From Octopus vulgaris (taxonomy: Eukaryota), in NCBI GenBank assembly GCA_951406725.2, contig OX597817.1:63736001-63800000 (forward strand): a stretch of 64,000 bases of DNA, written 5' to 3'. This document shows, piece after piece, positions 13,438 through 27,949 of the stretch (the first letter of the stretch is position 1; the number at the start of each line of letters is the position of its first letter). A program made the translations under genes and the position numbers. The notes beneath the pieces were generated by a model. It searched no databases. It was not told the DNA's origin and worked only from the letters and a program-made list of their open reading frames with translations.

Positions 13438-15658
13438 CCTTTATCACAGGAATTTTCTCTGAACGGAAGTTTCAGGTATAATTTGAGAAAACTTGTTGGG
13501 ATAGAAAAGATAAAGTTGAACAAAAAACTTAGTGGAGAGATAAGAATGTGATTTAGGGAGAATATAGGCGATTTGATATAAATTAAACAGAGAACAAATA
13601 TGTGATTATGTAAAAACACACACAACAATTAAAACAACATATAATATAAAAACATGAAACGCAAATTGCAAAACCTACATACAGTCTGATACAAACCACG
13701 CCGCCTGTCACTCGTTACGGGTGTGTCTAAACGCACTCAAGCATTTCTTGGGTTAATTTAAGCCTCGAATCCTAACCCCTCGTGGTCTTCATTGATATTC
13801 TAGTACTTGCAAACCATTTCTCACCCAATCAACATATTTGTTGACGGGGTCGGAAAATCTGGGAAAATCTCTCGTTGAAATATTAGGTTTAGCAGTTTGT
13901 GGCTATTCTTGAGGGTAGCAGTAAAATAAAGCGATTCCGCAGGGGCAAGCTCAACATTTAGTAACTTTGATCCCTCTTCCAGGATGCTAAATTATTCAGA
14001 GTCGTTGATTTATATTCCAATGTTTTCGATGTCTTGCAGTAAGGTTCACTCTTTTTTATTCCTTTTTATTCTTTGGAAGATTTACCAAATTTCTCCAGAC
14101 TCCATCTTTCCCTATTCTTTTGTGAGATGACAACGAGCTATTAGTAAAGATCCTTTCCAGTGCTCCTGAATGTTACCTTTGCATTGCGCTGGTCCATGTG
14201 CTGAGGTAGGGTATCGCATTACCTCTTCTTGACCCTTCGTCTCTTCCCCAGCCGTAAAGAACAAATAGACACAGCTGAATGTCTTGTTACGGTCAATTTC
14301 CAGTGAATTAGTCTATACTTCGGTTAGGACATTATTTATTTAGCCTTTCGAACGTATACGTGCGATAGATTTCTTCTAGTTAGATTAGTTTTTTTTATTT
14401 CTTTTCATTCTTTCTCCTCTCACGACAATCTGCCAGACTTTTCCAGCCTCCATCTTCTCCCTATCCACTTGGGTGGATGGTAGTTTTTCGAAAAAGGGTT
14501 GGCTTCGTCCGATTCTGGGATAATGAAAAAAACAATTTCCTTTGTCATTCCGAAGCTTTCGAACGACGACCGTTATAGCTTCCAGGATCTACTTACCATC
14601 TTTTTCTCTCTAGTGCTCTTTCTAACTTCTTGAGGAAGAAAGTCTTCAAGTAACGCTTGCAGCCACAAATATAAGAGTTGAGCTTTGTTATGCACCGCTG
14701 ATTTCATTTCTTTAATTTCTGCGTCCATGATTGGGCACAGCTCCGAAATGATGTTATGGCTTTTAGAAATCTTAAGGACTTTCAAGTCTATGCTTATCAC
14801 TTCCGACTACGTATCGTTTCTTATCTCTTCTGTTTTTACCTTTGATTCACATCGTATACAAGAGTGAAAATGAAGTATTTCCAATACCACAGACTGCCAC
14901 CCTTGTATTGCACTGACCTATGCACTGCGGTGTGGATGTATTACATTATCTCTACTTGACTCATCGCATCGTCCAGTCTTGAAGAACAGGAAGGTACCGC
15001 CGTATGCTTTACCGTGGCCGATTGTCACAACATTAGCTGACACAGCGGCCAGGATTGCCTTTATTTAGTCTTTTGAGGTCATACAGAAAGCTCACCTCCA
15101 CTTATCTTTGTGAAGCAGAAGCATGTCATTTTGCACCTTACTCCTTTTCCCTCGGTCAAGGAGATAGTCGTATATGACATGCTGCTGTCATCTTTTTCCA
15201 AATTTCCCATATAGTCCACATCTTCTTTATTGCAAGCAATGGCTACAAATCTACTTTCATTTACAAAATAATTACTTGTCAAAATGTCTGTTGCTGTTGT
15301 TAGGTCGCCAAAACTGTTTCCAATGATGTTATTGAAAGTAAAGAATCATTACATTGTCTTTTATATTATGTTTATTATTGGTACAAAACATTCTTGTTCA
15401 TATTTTGTCGCAAGAAATGGGTTAGCCGGAATTCAAGTTTTAGGATTCGTACCTGTTGAAGACACCATTTTGTTGATTTACGAATGGATAAATGATTTTC
15501 TTAACAAAATATAATCGTTTTTCCTGGAGAAACACAATGCGGAAAATCAAATAAATATTGATATTTTGCAATAGAAGTTGGAATAGTAGTCGTCGTTGTT
15601 GCTTTTCTCCTTTCACAGGAATTAAAAATTTTTCGATTTTAATCCCGCTTGCTAAATG

Positions 15659-15975
15659 TTATTTTCACAATCACGTTTGGCGACCCGCTAAGTTATTTTA
15701 TCGATCTCCTTTGGCGAACCGCTAAGTTATTTAATCGGTCCCGTTTGGCGAACCGCTAATTTATTTTAAAATAACGCTTCGGCAAACGTGATTGATAAAA
15801 TAACTAGACAGTTCGCCAAAGAAGATCGATAAAATAACTTAGCGGTTCGCCAAACGTGATCGATAAAATAACTAAGCGGTTTGCCAAAGAATATCAATAA
15901 AATAACAGTGGTTCGCCAAAGGAGATCGATAAAATAACTTGGTATTTCGCCAAAGGAGATCGATAAAATAACGTG
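15659..15975. repeat. Inverted ~34-bp minisatellite arrays flanked by a 12-bp direct repeat
   Basis: About 3 units gttattttatcgatctcctttggcgaaccgctaa, then about 6 reverse units; gcttgctaaatg at 15647-15658 and 15976-15987. Confidence 0.85.
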
Positions 15976-16065
15976 GCTTGCTAAATGCAATTCCTGCGGA
16001 GCTCACGATGGCACACATTGACAAAATAGGAACAACGCAACAATAACCATTATTATTTCGTTATC

Positions 16066-16066
<1 letters not shown>

Positions 16067-16138
<72 letters not shown>
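16067..16138. repeat. (TAA)n microsatellite
   Basis: Direct reading of the sequence. Confidence 0.95.
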
Positions 16139-16139
<1 letters not shown>

Positions 16140-16389
16140 TGTTTTTTTTTGTTTTTGTTTTTCTTCCTTTTTCTTTACGATCTTGGAATCAAACGGGCAT
16201 GATGGTTTGATAAGTAAGCAGTTTCACTTATCCTTATATAAATAGTTATGTTCTAGTCCATTATTTTCTAATTTCTTGTCCGTTTAAACAGGAAAGTCCC
16301 ACAAAATTTTACATTTCTCCGACTCCAGTACTCGTTCGACTCGATGATTGTACCGTGTGTTTTCAGCTTCAATTCCCCATTTCTTGCAA

Positions 16390-16690
16390 TAAAATTTGAA
16401 ATAGGAAGAATTTGGAGCATGCGAACATTAAAGGTCGTGTCAATAATAATTGGTGCGTTGGGAACAGTAAGCCATGATATAGGCAAATGGCTGAAGGAGA
16501 TTGAAATAGAATGCCCGGTAGAGCTCCTACAGAAAAGTTGTCTCTTAGGGACAACCAGGATTACCAGGAGGGTTCTAAGCATTTGAAAGCTTGCTGAAAA
16601 CGTGGATACCTAAAGTTACAGGTAGTAACCCGCTATCCGCATATTTCCTACCAGGAATAGAACCGAACCTGAGCCAACCAAAATAATAAG
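16390..16690 (+). mobile_element. R4/Dong-clade (RLE-type) non-LTR retrotransposon 3' end
   Basis: KFEIGRIWSMRTLKVVSIIIGALGTV...KWLKEIEI...LLQKSCLLGTTRITRRVLSI* matches the typical R4/Dong C-terminus (VVIGALG...LQK..LLGTARILR.VL). Confidence 0.8.
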
Positions 16691-17146
16691 TTTTGTTTTT
16701 AATTTAGGAACAAAATCAACAATTCTGAGGAGAGACTGAGCAGTCGATATCATCGACCCCAGTCCTAGAAAGGTAGTATATATCATCTTCCCCGAATGCT
16801 TGAAAGAGCAAAATTGACCTCGGTGGAATTTCGACTCAGGTTGTAAAGATCTGAAAGAAACGCCACAAAGCATTTTGTTCTACACACTCAGGTAAGAAAC
16901 GGACGCTCCCCTTGCTCCTCTATTGACTAAGTCATGGGTCATACATATACAAGTGCTATGTGCTTCTGCAGCTTCCATCTGCTAAGGCTATTCACAAGGT
17001 ATTGGTCGATTCATCACTAGTATAAGTAGCTAGAATTGAACGAGCAGCTGGCTTTCTGAAGGTCATTTATAGATGTATTTTAACTACGTACATCTCTACT
17101 ATCATTTGTACTTTTCTGTCAATGGTAAAAAACTATGTTACAAATA

Positions 17147-17349
17147 GGCGTAGGAGTGGCTATGTGTAAGTAACTTGCTCACGAACCACATGGTTCCGGG
17201 TTCAATCCCACTGTGTGGCACCTTGGGAAAGTGTCTTCTACTATAACCTCGGGCCGACCAAAGCCTTGTGAGTGGATTTGGTAGACGGAAACTGAAAGAA
17301 GCTCGTCGTACATATGTATGTATATATATATATATATATATGTGTGTAT

Positions 17350-17410
<61 letters not shown>

Positions 17411-17615
17411 TGCTTGTCCCCCAACATCGCTCGACAACCGATGCTGGTGTGCTTACGTCCCCGTAACTTAGCGGTTCGGCAAAAGAGACCGATAGAATAA
17501 GTACTAGGCTTACAAAGAATAAGTCCTGGGTTCGATTTGCTCGACTAAAAGGCGGTGCTCCAGCACAGCCACAGTCAAATGACTGAAACAAGTAAAAGAG
17601 TAAACGAGTAAAGAG
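17147..17615 (+). mobile_element. SINE family A
   Basis: Full-length copy with expanded internal (TA)n(TG)n. Confidence 0.9.
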
Positions 17616-17999
17616 TATAAATAGTTGATTAAATATGATTAATTTCTTCAGTATTTTTTTTTAATGATGATTATGTATCTTCGCAGCTGTCAAGTGTGCT
17701 TCAAAATTGATTACCTTTGTGGGAGTACAACAGAAAACATTCACCGTCTTAGTTATATTAAAATACAGACATATTCTCACCGTTTTTTTTTTTAGATGCT
17801 TTTATGTTGATATCGAATGATAAGGCTTAAAAGCGTAATTGTTTGACAACACACTTGATTGATGTATGGAAGTATTTTTTGTTTTTCCTCTGTTCAATAA
17901 TTAGTTTAACCTATTTGGCATTGTAACATATGGTTCCTATTTCTGTTATTGACAATATTTACGAAAACACACACACGTACATCACACACACATACACCT

Positions 18000-18051
<52 letters not shown>

Positions 18052-18189
18052 CACACATTTAATACACACCAAATATATATTTGATCTTACACACTTTCAC
18101 AGATGTTGCAATTCGTAGATGTTCACAATGGTTGATTTATGCTTGCAGGATATAGATGGATAAATTTCCAAGTGCTAAACTTGTACATC

Positions 18190-18226
<37 letters not shown>

Positions 18227-19020
18227 TACACACACACACACACACACACATACACACAGGAATTCACACGCATATTTATATATATGCATACATACTTATA
18301 TTTATGAGTGTGGTAGTGGTCATGGCGCTGGTGATGTGTGTGGGTGTATATATCTTTGTTTGAGTACGTGTGTGTGTATGTGTGTGTATTTGTGTGTGTA
18401 TTTGTGTGTGTATGTGTGTGTATATGTGTGTGTCTGTGTGCGCGCAGGCATTGACCGATCATTCTTTCAAATCAATTGTAAATATTAAAGGTCGATATAT
18501 TCGAAACGAAAAGTTTTCCTATTCTCGTTTATGTTTACGCTATCATCGACGACTAGGAAAACATTTAATCATTATTTCCGAGAAGACGTTTTTGAAAACA
18601 AGCCAAGAAAAATAACAGATTAATAGAACATTCGCGAATAATACCAGCAGGTATTATTTATTCCAATTCAGAGACGTCGCAAGTGACAGGAATTCTTCCT
18701 TGAATTAACTAATGTTTTCCTTTAATAATGGAAAGGTCGAAAGAGAATACCCAGCAGCTATTGATAACGATTAACAAGTGACCAATAATGAGTGGAGTAG
18801 TTGATTAATATTTACAATAGAAATTACACACGTCATGAGATGACCAAACGGAAATTATTACTCAACATTTTCAAGAATGATTCATAGAAACAAGTTTGCT
18901 ATATAAACTATACGGCTTTGGAAATTAACTCAAGAATCCCGTTTGCATGAAGAACATGTAGGTAAGTGCAGGTTACGATGCTTGACGTGGTCAACCGTTG
19001 ATATTTCTTAATTAACTGAA

Positions 19021-19059
<39 letters not shown>

Positions 19060-19122
19060 TTATCCTAGGCCCCTGCGCAAGACAGACACGCAAGTTCGTG
19101 AAACGTTCTATATTTTACTCTA

Positions 19123-19612
<490 letters not shown>

Positions 19613-20361
19613 GATTTTTAAAAGCGGGAAAAATGATAAAGATGACTGTGCCCATGACTCTTTACAAGGCTTCGTGAGGTGTGGGAAGAAGGTATCCTTA
19701 ACTGGAAATCTGCCCCGAATACTAGCAACAGCGCAGGTTCCTTTAAAGGTACGCAAAGCACGAGATAGTCTCAAAACAGGCGACTAATTAACTCTACCAT
19801 TGTTATTAATCAACAATTTTCAAGAAGGGTTCACGTTTTGACAAACCACTGAAGTTTGCCTGTTACCTCGCAGATCGAGTTTTTGTTAAATATTTTTGTC
19901 TCACTTATAAATTAAGTCTTCCATAAAATATAAATAATAATTGCTTCCAGATTTGGCACAAATTCTGGAAGTTCGTAGGAGGAGAAATTCACTGGCACTT
20001 TATTTCATCGACCCGAAAAGATGAAATGCAAAGCTGACCTCGGCTGGATTTCAACTCTGTATGTAAAGAGAGGAAACTAATAATCTCATAACGATTTTAC
20101 AAACTCACTATCTTTATTTACTTAAAGATAATGGCTTTTGATTCAGACACGAGGTCAGCAATTTTGAGGAGAAAATGATCAGTCGATAATTTCAACACCA
20201 GTACTTGGCCCGTGCTCTATTTTATCGGCCCTGAAAGAGGAAAAGGCAAAGTTTATAACAGCGGGATTTCAGCTCAGGTCGTAAAGAACCGAGAGAACTA
20301 GCACGAGACCCTTTTTTCCAGTGCACTAACGATTCAACCAATCCAGAGTCTTTCTCAATTT

Positions 20362-20930
20362 CTTATTTCTTTATTGCCCACAAGGGGCTAAACATAGAGG
20401 AGACAAACAAGGACAGACAAAGGAATTAAGTCGAGTACATCGACCCCAGTGCGTAACTAGTACTTATTTAATCGACACCGAAAGGCAAAGTCGACCTCTG
20501 CGGAATTTGAACTCAGAAATACCGGAAAGCATTTCGCCCGGCGTGCTAACGTTATGCTTTGCGGTATTTCGTCTGCCGCTACGTTCTGAGTTCAAATTCT
20601 ACCGAGGCCGACTTTGCCTTTCATCCTTTCGGGGTCGATTAAATAAGTACCATTTGCGCACTGGGGTCGATATAATCGACTTAATCCGTTTGTCTGTCCT
20701 TGTTTGTCCTCTGTGTTTAGCCCCCTGTGGGTAGTAAAGAAATAGGTATTTCGTCTGCCGCTACGTTCTGAGTTCACATTCCGCCGAGGTCGACTTTGCC
20801 TTTCATCCTTTCGGGGTCGATAAATTAAGTACCAGTTACGCACTGGGGTCGATGTAATAGATTTAATCTCTTTGTCTGTCCTTGTTTGTACCTTCTATGT
20901 TTAGCCCCTTGTGGGCAATAAAGAAATAAG
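20362..20930. mobile_element. SINE family B, head-to-head inverted cluster
   Basis: Minus copy 20362-20552 abuts plus tandem copies 20555-20930. Confidence 0.9.
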
Positions 20931-21694
20931 AGACCGATATAATAAGTACAAGGCTTACAAAGAATAAGTTCCGGGATCGATTTGTTCGACTAAACACTTC
21001 AGGACGGTGCCCCAGCATGGCTGTGGTCAAATAACTGAAACAAGTGAAAGATAAAAGATGCCAAACGTTAAAGTTTAACGAACATTTAACCGTTGAACAT
21101 TCATTCTGTCTTATCTAAATATTTATTGTTCATGATTACAAATTGTCACTGGTTGTCAAGCGGTAGTGGAGGACACACACATACATAAAGACACACACAC
21201 ATATATATATGTATATATACACACACACGACGGTCTTCTTTCAGTTTCCGTCAACCAAATCAATTCACAAGGTTTTGGTCGGCCCGAGGCTATAGCAGAT
21301 GGCACTTGCCCAAGTGTCTATTAATAAAACAAAATGGTTTTGTCCATAAATTAAAAGATCACGGTGTGCTACCAAAGTGTTGCATAAGACACAGTATTTA
21401 TCTTTCTATTCCATACCTTAAGATCTTTTTTCCAGTACCAAGTAGTATTTGAATTCGTAATCGCCAGCTAAGATTCCGTCCGATTGCATCTTAGCTTCAT
21501 ATACAGAATTAACATTTTGTACTGAGTTTTATTTCATAACTTTTGCCAATCACCTTTTATCAAATCTAAACTACTGGATGAATAATAAGAGATATCAAAA
21601 AATTATTATATAAAACTAAAAAAACATACCTCCACAAAGTATATAAATATACATATATATATATTATACATAAGCAGGCATACATACGTATACG

Positions 21695-21812
21695 ACCTAC
21701 TCGCTTAGCCAGCGGGGTGGCATCATTTGAAGGCTAAAACAATGCGAAGCGCATTGTGACCAGCGATTTGTAGCAACATCTGATAGCCTGGTCGGTCACG
21801 TGATCATATGAT
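21695..21812 (+). repeat. Short dispersed repeat (probable retroposon 3' tail)
   Basis: gcttagccagcggggtggc...gaaggctaaaacaatgcgaagcgcattgtgaccag...gtcacgtgatca, also at 38828-38940 and 9910-10025. Confidence 0.8.
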
Positions 21813-22739
21813 CACATACGTACACACACACACACACAGAAAATACGCAACACTCGTAAATTATACGATGTCATCGCCGTTTATCGTAAGCTGTACTTCT
21901 GAACTTTTCTTTTCAGTACCTAGGTAAACCGGGTTACTGCAATTTGTAACCTGTTTACGACTAAGTAAACAGATCGACTACAGCTTAAGTGTACCTATTT
22001 ACAGCTAAGCGAACTGGGCTACTGCAGATTAAAGTCTTTCCACCACGTACGCTTTTCTGCACCCTGGTGACTAGACAGTATTCATTATTAACATGACGAG
22101 TCGCTACACGCATTTTCAAGTCGGCAGCCTGAAATCCTTCTTTCAGAAAGTTACTATGCAGCTACTTAAAAAAAAATTACAATTGATTTGCATCTTCAGA
22201 CACGCTTGTCTTTGTAAACAATCATTCCTCAGAACAATTAAAAAAAAGTAGGAATTTAAAAACAAATTCTCCCAAAATTGATTAATGATCACTTGTAAGA
22301 TTCCCTTGAAGATTTCTAATTCCAATTTGACACCAAATATTTGATAAACATCAAAAAACAGTGGCATTATTCTCATTAAAAGAACTATGTTGAAATTTAG
22401 TAGTAATCTGTATATCGTAATTCTCGTTATATTCTTAATTTGTTATGTTGAAATTCTGACATTTATTTTTTTTCTGTTTTGTTTTTATGATCTGTTTAGC
22501 TGGCATTTACTTGCAGATATTTACTAAAATGAAATAAAATAAGCAGCAACCAAAACAAAATTACTTGAATCAATGGACTAGCGTTAGGAAAGTCGATTAG
22601 ATTCAGTGTTATCTGAATCCTTTAACACTACAGAAAACCAATGTTAAAGATCAATTTTTAGTGTACGTTTATCCAAGTCGATTGGACGCTCGACAACCAG
22701 CCGTCATGTCGGTAGTTCGTATCTTTTCACCGTGCTTTA

Positions 22740-22960
22740 TTTGTAGTCAAAACTCTAATTACTCGATGAATAAATAAGGAGTGTTCGTATGTATAATATA
22801 TTTTACCATTGTAAGCAGTGACAGCCCAGTAAAACTGAAGAGTGTTTCGTTGGCTTGCATCGCCGAAGTCCTTCTACGAGTGAGAAATATACATTTGGCA
22901 GCAAGTTCAGTGTATTTCTTCTTTGAATCATTACATTAAGTTAGATTTACTGAACTAGTA
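22740..22960 (-). mobile_element. Possible hAT dimerisation-domain remnant
   Basis: KKKYTELAAK...TSA..NETLFSFTG resembles YP.LA.....TSA.SER.FS.AG. Confidence 0.35.
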
Positions 22961-23090
22961 AGTGAAAGTAGTAACCAAAGTTCTTTCTAATTTTTAACAG
23001 ACCATGTGCACTAAATTCGTGGATTATATAGAAAGTAATACAAAAGAGGGCATAGCTTTTATATTAAATGATTTAGGTCATTCCAATTAA

Positions 23091-23310
23091 CCCTTTAGCA
23101 TTCAGATTACCCTGTCAAATGTAAAGCCCGTTTAATCACATTGTTTTAAATTAATTGTACAGCATCTTGTAACTCTGAGATTTTGATGATGTCCCTGTTT
23201 ATTTTTAGAATGACTTTGTAGGGTAGGTGTGAGAGGTCAGAGCTGGCTGGTTTGAGCATATAACAGGAAGACAATTTTGGCCTGGTATGGCCGGTTTAAA
23301 CACTAAAGGG
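23091..23310. mobile_element. piggyBac-type MITE (TTAA TSD)
   Basis: ttaa|ccctttagca ... cactaaaggg|ttaa; a second partial copy in opposite orientation starts at 61524. Confidence 0.85.
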
Positions 23311-23954
23311 TTAAACATGTTGACTAAATAATTCTTCTGCTATACAAAAGTACTACTCATCATAGTCTCCATCACAAGGGTCGGGTGTGTGTGTGTGCGC
23401 GCGAGCACACTATTTCACTATTTCCGTCAGTCAAATCCTCTCACAAGGCTTTGGTCGGTCTAGGACAGTAGTGAGAAAGAAACTTGTCCAAAGTGTCGCA
23501 CAGTGGGACTGAACTTGAAACCATATGGTTGCGAAGTGAATTCTTTTACGACACAGCCATTTACAATTTTTTAGTTGAATCTATTTTTTAAATTATTTAT
23601 TTTAAGAAGTTTCTTTCTTTCTGTAATTCAATTTTGTACATTACAAATGTTGCTTGATTAAAGTTACCGGACACATGTATATACATATGTATATACATAC
23701 AAGAGTACACCAGGGTTCGCCATTCCCCCATGCCGGAGCCTCGTGAGCTTTAGGTGTTTTCGCTCAATAAACACTCACAACGCCCAGTCTGGGAATCGAA
23801 ACTGCGACCTACGACCGCGAATCCGCTGTCCTAACCACTGGATCATTGCGCCTCCACGCGCGCGCGCGTACACGCACACACGCGCACGCGCGCACATATT
23901 GACTGCTAACTCTAAAAGTTTTTTTTATTCTCTCTCTGTTTATTTCCTCGAGTT

Positions 23955-23991
23955 CCTTTCTGTTGAAGAGCGTAGGCTCGAAACTTAAAAG
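23955..23991 (+). ncRNA. Minimal type-I hammerhead-ribozyme-like motif in a short dispersed element
   Basis: cttt-CTGTTGAA-GAGC gtag GCTC-GAAAC TTA-aaag: stem I, variant core, stem II, GAAA; reverse copy at ~48943-48976. Confidence 0.45.
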
Positions 23992-24081
23992 ACTTTCTCA
24001 CCTTCTCGAGCATCAAACTAATACACCTGTTTGTTGTTTATACACCTGTCTTCGTCCTTTGTTTTTCTGTAAATTTCAACT

Positions 24082-24700
<619 letters not shown>

Positions 24701-24983
24701 ACACACACATGTCTGTCCTTGTTTGTTCTCTCTGAGTTTAGCCCCTTGTGGGTAGTAAAGAAATAGGTATTTCGTCTGTCTTTACGTTCTGAGTTCAAAT
24801 TCTGCCGAGGTTGACTTTGCCTTTCATCCTTCCGGAATCGATAAATTAAGTACCAGTTGCGTACTGGGACTTGTTCCTAGAGTAGAAAAGAATATCTGCC
24901 TTATTGTCTTCATTCGGCAGTTGTTTGAGAGGTAACCTATCGCTTTTAGACACTTTTCCCATTAGCAACTTTCAGAGAATTAA

Positions 24984-25036
<53 letters not shown>

Positions 25037-26081
25037 CACTCTCTTTCTCAGTAGCAAACTTATTACAAGAGATTCTTTAACAAATTCATTTATTTCAATT
25101 CGTACTAGTTCTGATAAACCTTTTAACGGTTAACTAAAAGTTATAATGAATGCAAATCAATTACTAATTTATTTTAAGTTTCCTAAAATTATCATCTATA
25201 CTGCCAATCTCGGCCTTTTCGAAACTAGCCAACCTTCAAAAGCAGCTGCCACCAAACTTATTTTCAAATACCGAATCAATTTCATACCAAAAACCAATTA
25301 CGTTGTTACATTTGGCGACCTCTACGAATAACATATAACCATATGGTTTCTGCCTGTCTAACTGTTCCTCTAACCTGGAAAATTAAACTTCTGTTCGAAC
25401 TAAGCCTTCCTATAAAACGTTTCAAATTATAAAATTGTTTGTAATGTGCGTAATTATATATTTTGAAATCAATCCTAGGTAGAAAATGGTTTGGGAATGT
25501 AAATATCTAGTCTGATGCCTGTCCTACAGAGAAAGAAAATGTAACGTGAGCGGAAATTCTCATTTTAAGCCTTAACTGAATGTTCAAATGGATACCTTGT
25601 AATTAAAATAACGAGACATTTTCAGTGTGATCTGATTTTTTTTTTTTTTTTTTGTAGAGACATTATATGATATAGGAAACTGTATAAGAAATGTCATTAT
25701 ACAGTTTTCTTATCCAACTTACAATTCAACAGTACGTCTGTAGACACAGTATTATCTCTAGAAAATTCATTTTCATTCTTGGTTTTTTTTTTCTTTTTTT
25801 TTTTGCTGTAATGCTAATTCCACTTACAATTCCTAATCTAGACAGAATTTAAAATTAAAACTTATGCAAAGCAGGAAATTATTGCATTCTTACGATTGCT
25901 AGAGTTTAGTTTTTAATTCAAGCGAAAAATACACAGCCTCCATTTTTATTTAAAATCCTGATAACTAGCATTAGTAACAGATTATTTAACCTCTCTACCT
26001 CTAAAAACATTTCCGAGATGGTAATCCCCTACTATGTTAATAGTGGCTTTGAGAATGAATTAATATATAACTTCTCTAAGC

Positions 26082-26462
26082 CTGCGAGCTGGCAGAAACG
26101 TTAGCACGCCGGGCGAAACGCTTAACGGTATTTCGTCTGCCGTTACGTTCTGAGTTCAAATTCTGCCGAGGTCGACTTTGCCTTTCATCCTTTCGGGGTC
26201 GATAAATTAAGTACCAGTTATGCACTGGGGTCGATGTAATCGACTTACCTGTTTGTCCACTCTCTGTTTAGCCCCTTGTGGGTAGTAAAGAAATAGGTAT
26301 TTCGTCTGTCGTTACGTTCTGGGTTCAAATTCCGCCGAGGTCGACTTTGCCTTTCATCCTTTCGGGGTCGATAAATTAAGTACCAGTTGCGTACAGGGGT
26401 CGATCTAATCGACTGGCTCCCTCTCCAAAAGTTTCGGGCCTTGTACCTAGAGTAGAAAAGAA
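26082..26462 (+). mobile_element. SINE family B, tandem dimer
   Basis: gcgagctggcagaaacgttagcacgccgggcgaaa head followed by two body units. Confidence 0.9.
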
Positions 26463-26469
26463 TATACAT

Positions 26470-27200
26470 AATAATACGAATAATAAAACTAGACCTAATA
26501 ATAATACGAATAACAAAAATAGACCTAGGAGAATAATTTGATTCGCCCCACCCCCTTTTTCCCTTAATGTTAAACCCAACATAAGTAAAAGATTCCTGTC
26601 TCTCTTAGACAAACGTTTTCCAGAAAATCACAGATACAGAAACATATTCAACAGGCGCTCAGTTAAATTATCATATAGCTGCTGTACCAATACGAAGAGC
26701 ATCATTCTGCCAAACACCACCAAGAGCATACGTCCAGTTGTAACTGTCGAAACCCAGGAACCTGTCCATTCGACTAGGGATGCATGATTAAATCCGTCAT
26801 ATATGAGCCAAGAGTTACAGCAACGCTAGATGATAACATAACCGAAAAGAAGAGCTACACTGGACGACGGGAAGGTGACTTCAAAAATCGTTATGCCAAC
26901 CACTTTGTCTGTTAGCCACATATAGAGTTTGAAGTCTAACGCCACACCACATACAATAAAGTAGAAAATAGTTTAATAGTTTACACCATTTGTCAACGGA
27001 TAAAAAAAATGTAAGCTATGCGTAGCTGAAAGAACACAGATCCTTTTCAGATCTAAGAACACTTACCGCACTACTGAATTCCAGATCTGAAATTTTAAGC
27101 GGTTGTAAATATATCGTTAAGTACCTGTTGGCGAATTGGAAAGTACCACCCTCTCTGGATTGAGCATCTGTACCGCAGACTCTAAGCCACTATCCTTTCA
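26470..27200 (+). mobile_element. Penelope-like element 3' fragment, same general type as 36520-38680
   Basis: [71 protein letters not shown]. Confidence 0.8.
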
Positions 27201-27573
27201 GCCTCATAACTTTGCGGACATAGCTCTAATTAACCCCCTTTTGCTTTTTCCGTTTTCTTTTTCGTTTTCCGATTTTTCAACCTTCCATTTTTAATATCTA
27301 CTCCCTTCTCGCCATTTCTCGTTTTTTCTCTCGTCCTATCATCTTGTTATTTCATGTGAGCACTGCCTGAGGTTTGCATGAAGGCACCAGACATGTTTAA
27401 AAATGCTGTTTGAGCTGTTTTCATCAAATGAAATTCATAGTAGCTCATAAAAACATATATTGTGTTTATTAAGTAAAGTTCATGTCTCTCACCAGGTGGA
27501 GTGCCTTTTTTGTTGATCTCACCATCACGAAACAGTACGCTTTCGCTCTCTTTCGCTCTGTTTGTCTGTCTGC

Positions 27574-27643
<70 letters not shown>

Positions 27644-27949
27644 GTGAGAAAGAGATGGAGAGAGAGAGAGAGAGAATGAAGGAATAAGTGAAAAAGAGAG
27701 GGTGATAGAGAGAGACTCATTGATATTTATGTTCAGATTAGAGTAAATTTTCTATTTGTTCGTGCGATTTTTTTTTCTAAATCTTAATTCATTTTGAAGT
27801 GCGTTTGAGGCAGGCATGATTGTGCGATTAAGAAGTTCGCTTTACAACTGCATGATTTTGGGTTCAGTTCCGGTGTGCAGTACCTTAGATAAGCGTTTAC
27901 GTAAGCTCTGGGCCGACCAAGACACCGATAGAATAAATACCAAACTTTT

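Noticed and set aside
15659-15975. CRISPR-like regular ~34-bp repeats
   Set aside because: No unique spacers, units are directly tandem and inverted, the context is eukaryotic and there are no cas genes.
25288-25374. Candidate minus-strand exon (LEEQLDRQKPYGYMLFVEV...)
   Set aside because: The acceptor is plausible, but the available donors give phases incompatible with the exon at 1-70 and there is no recognisable homology.
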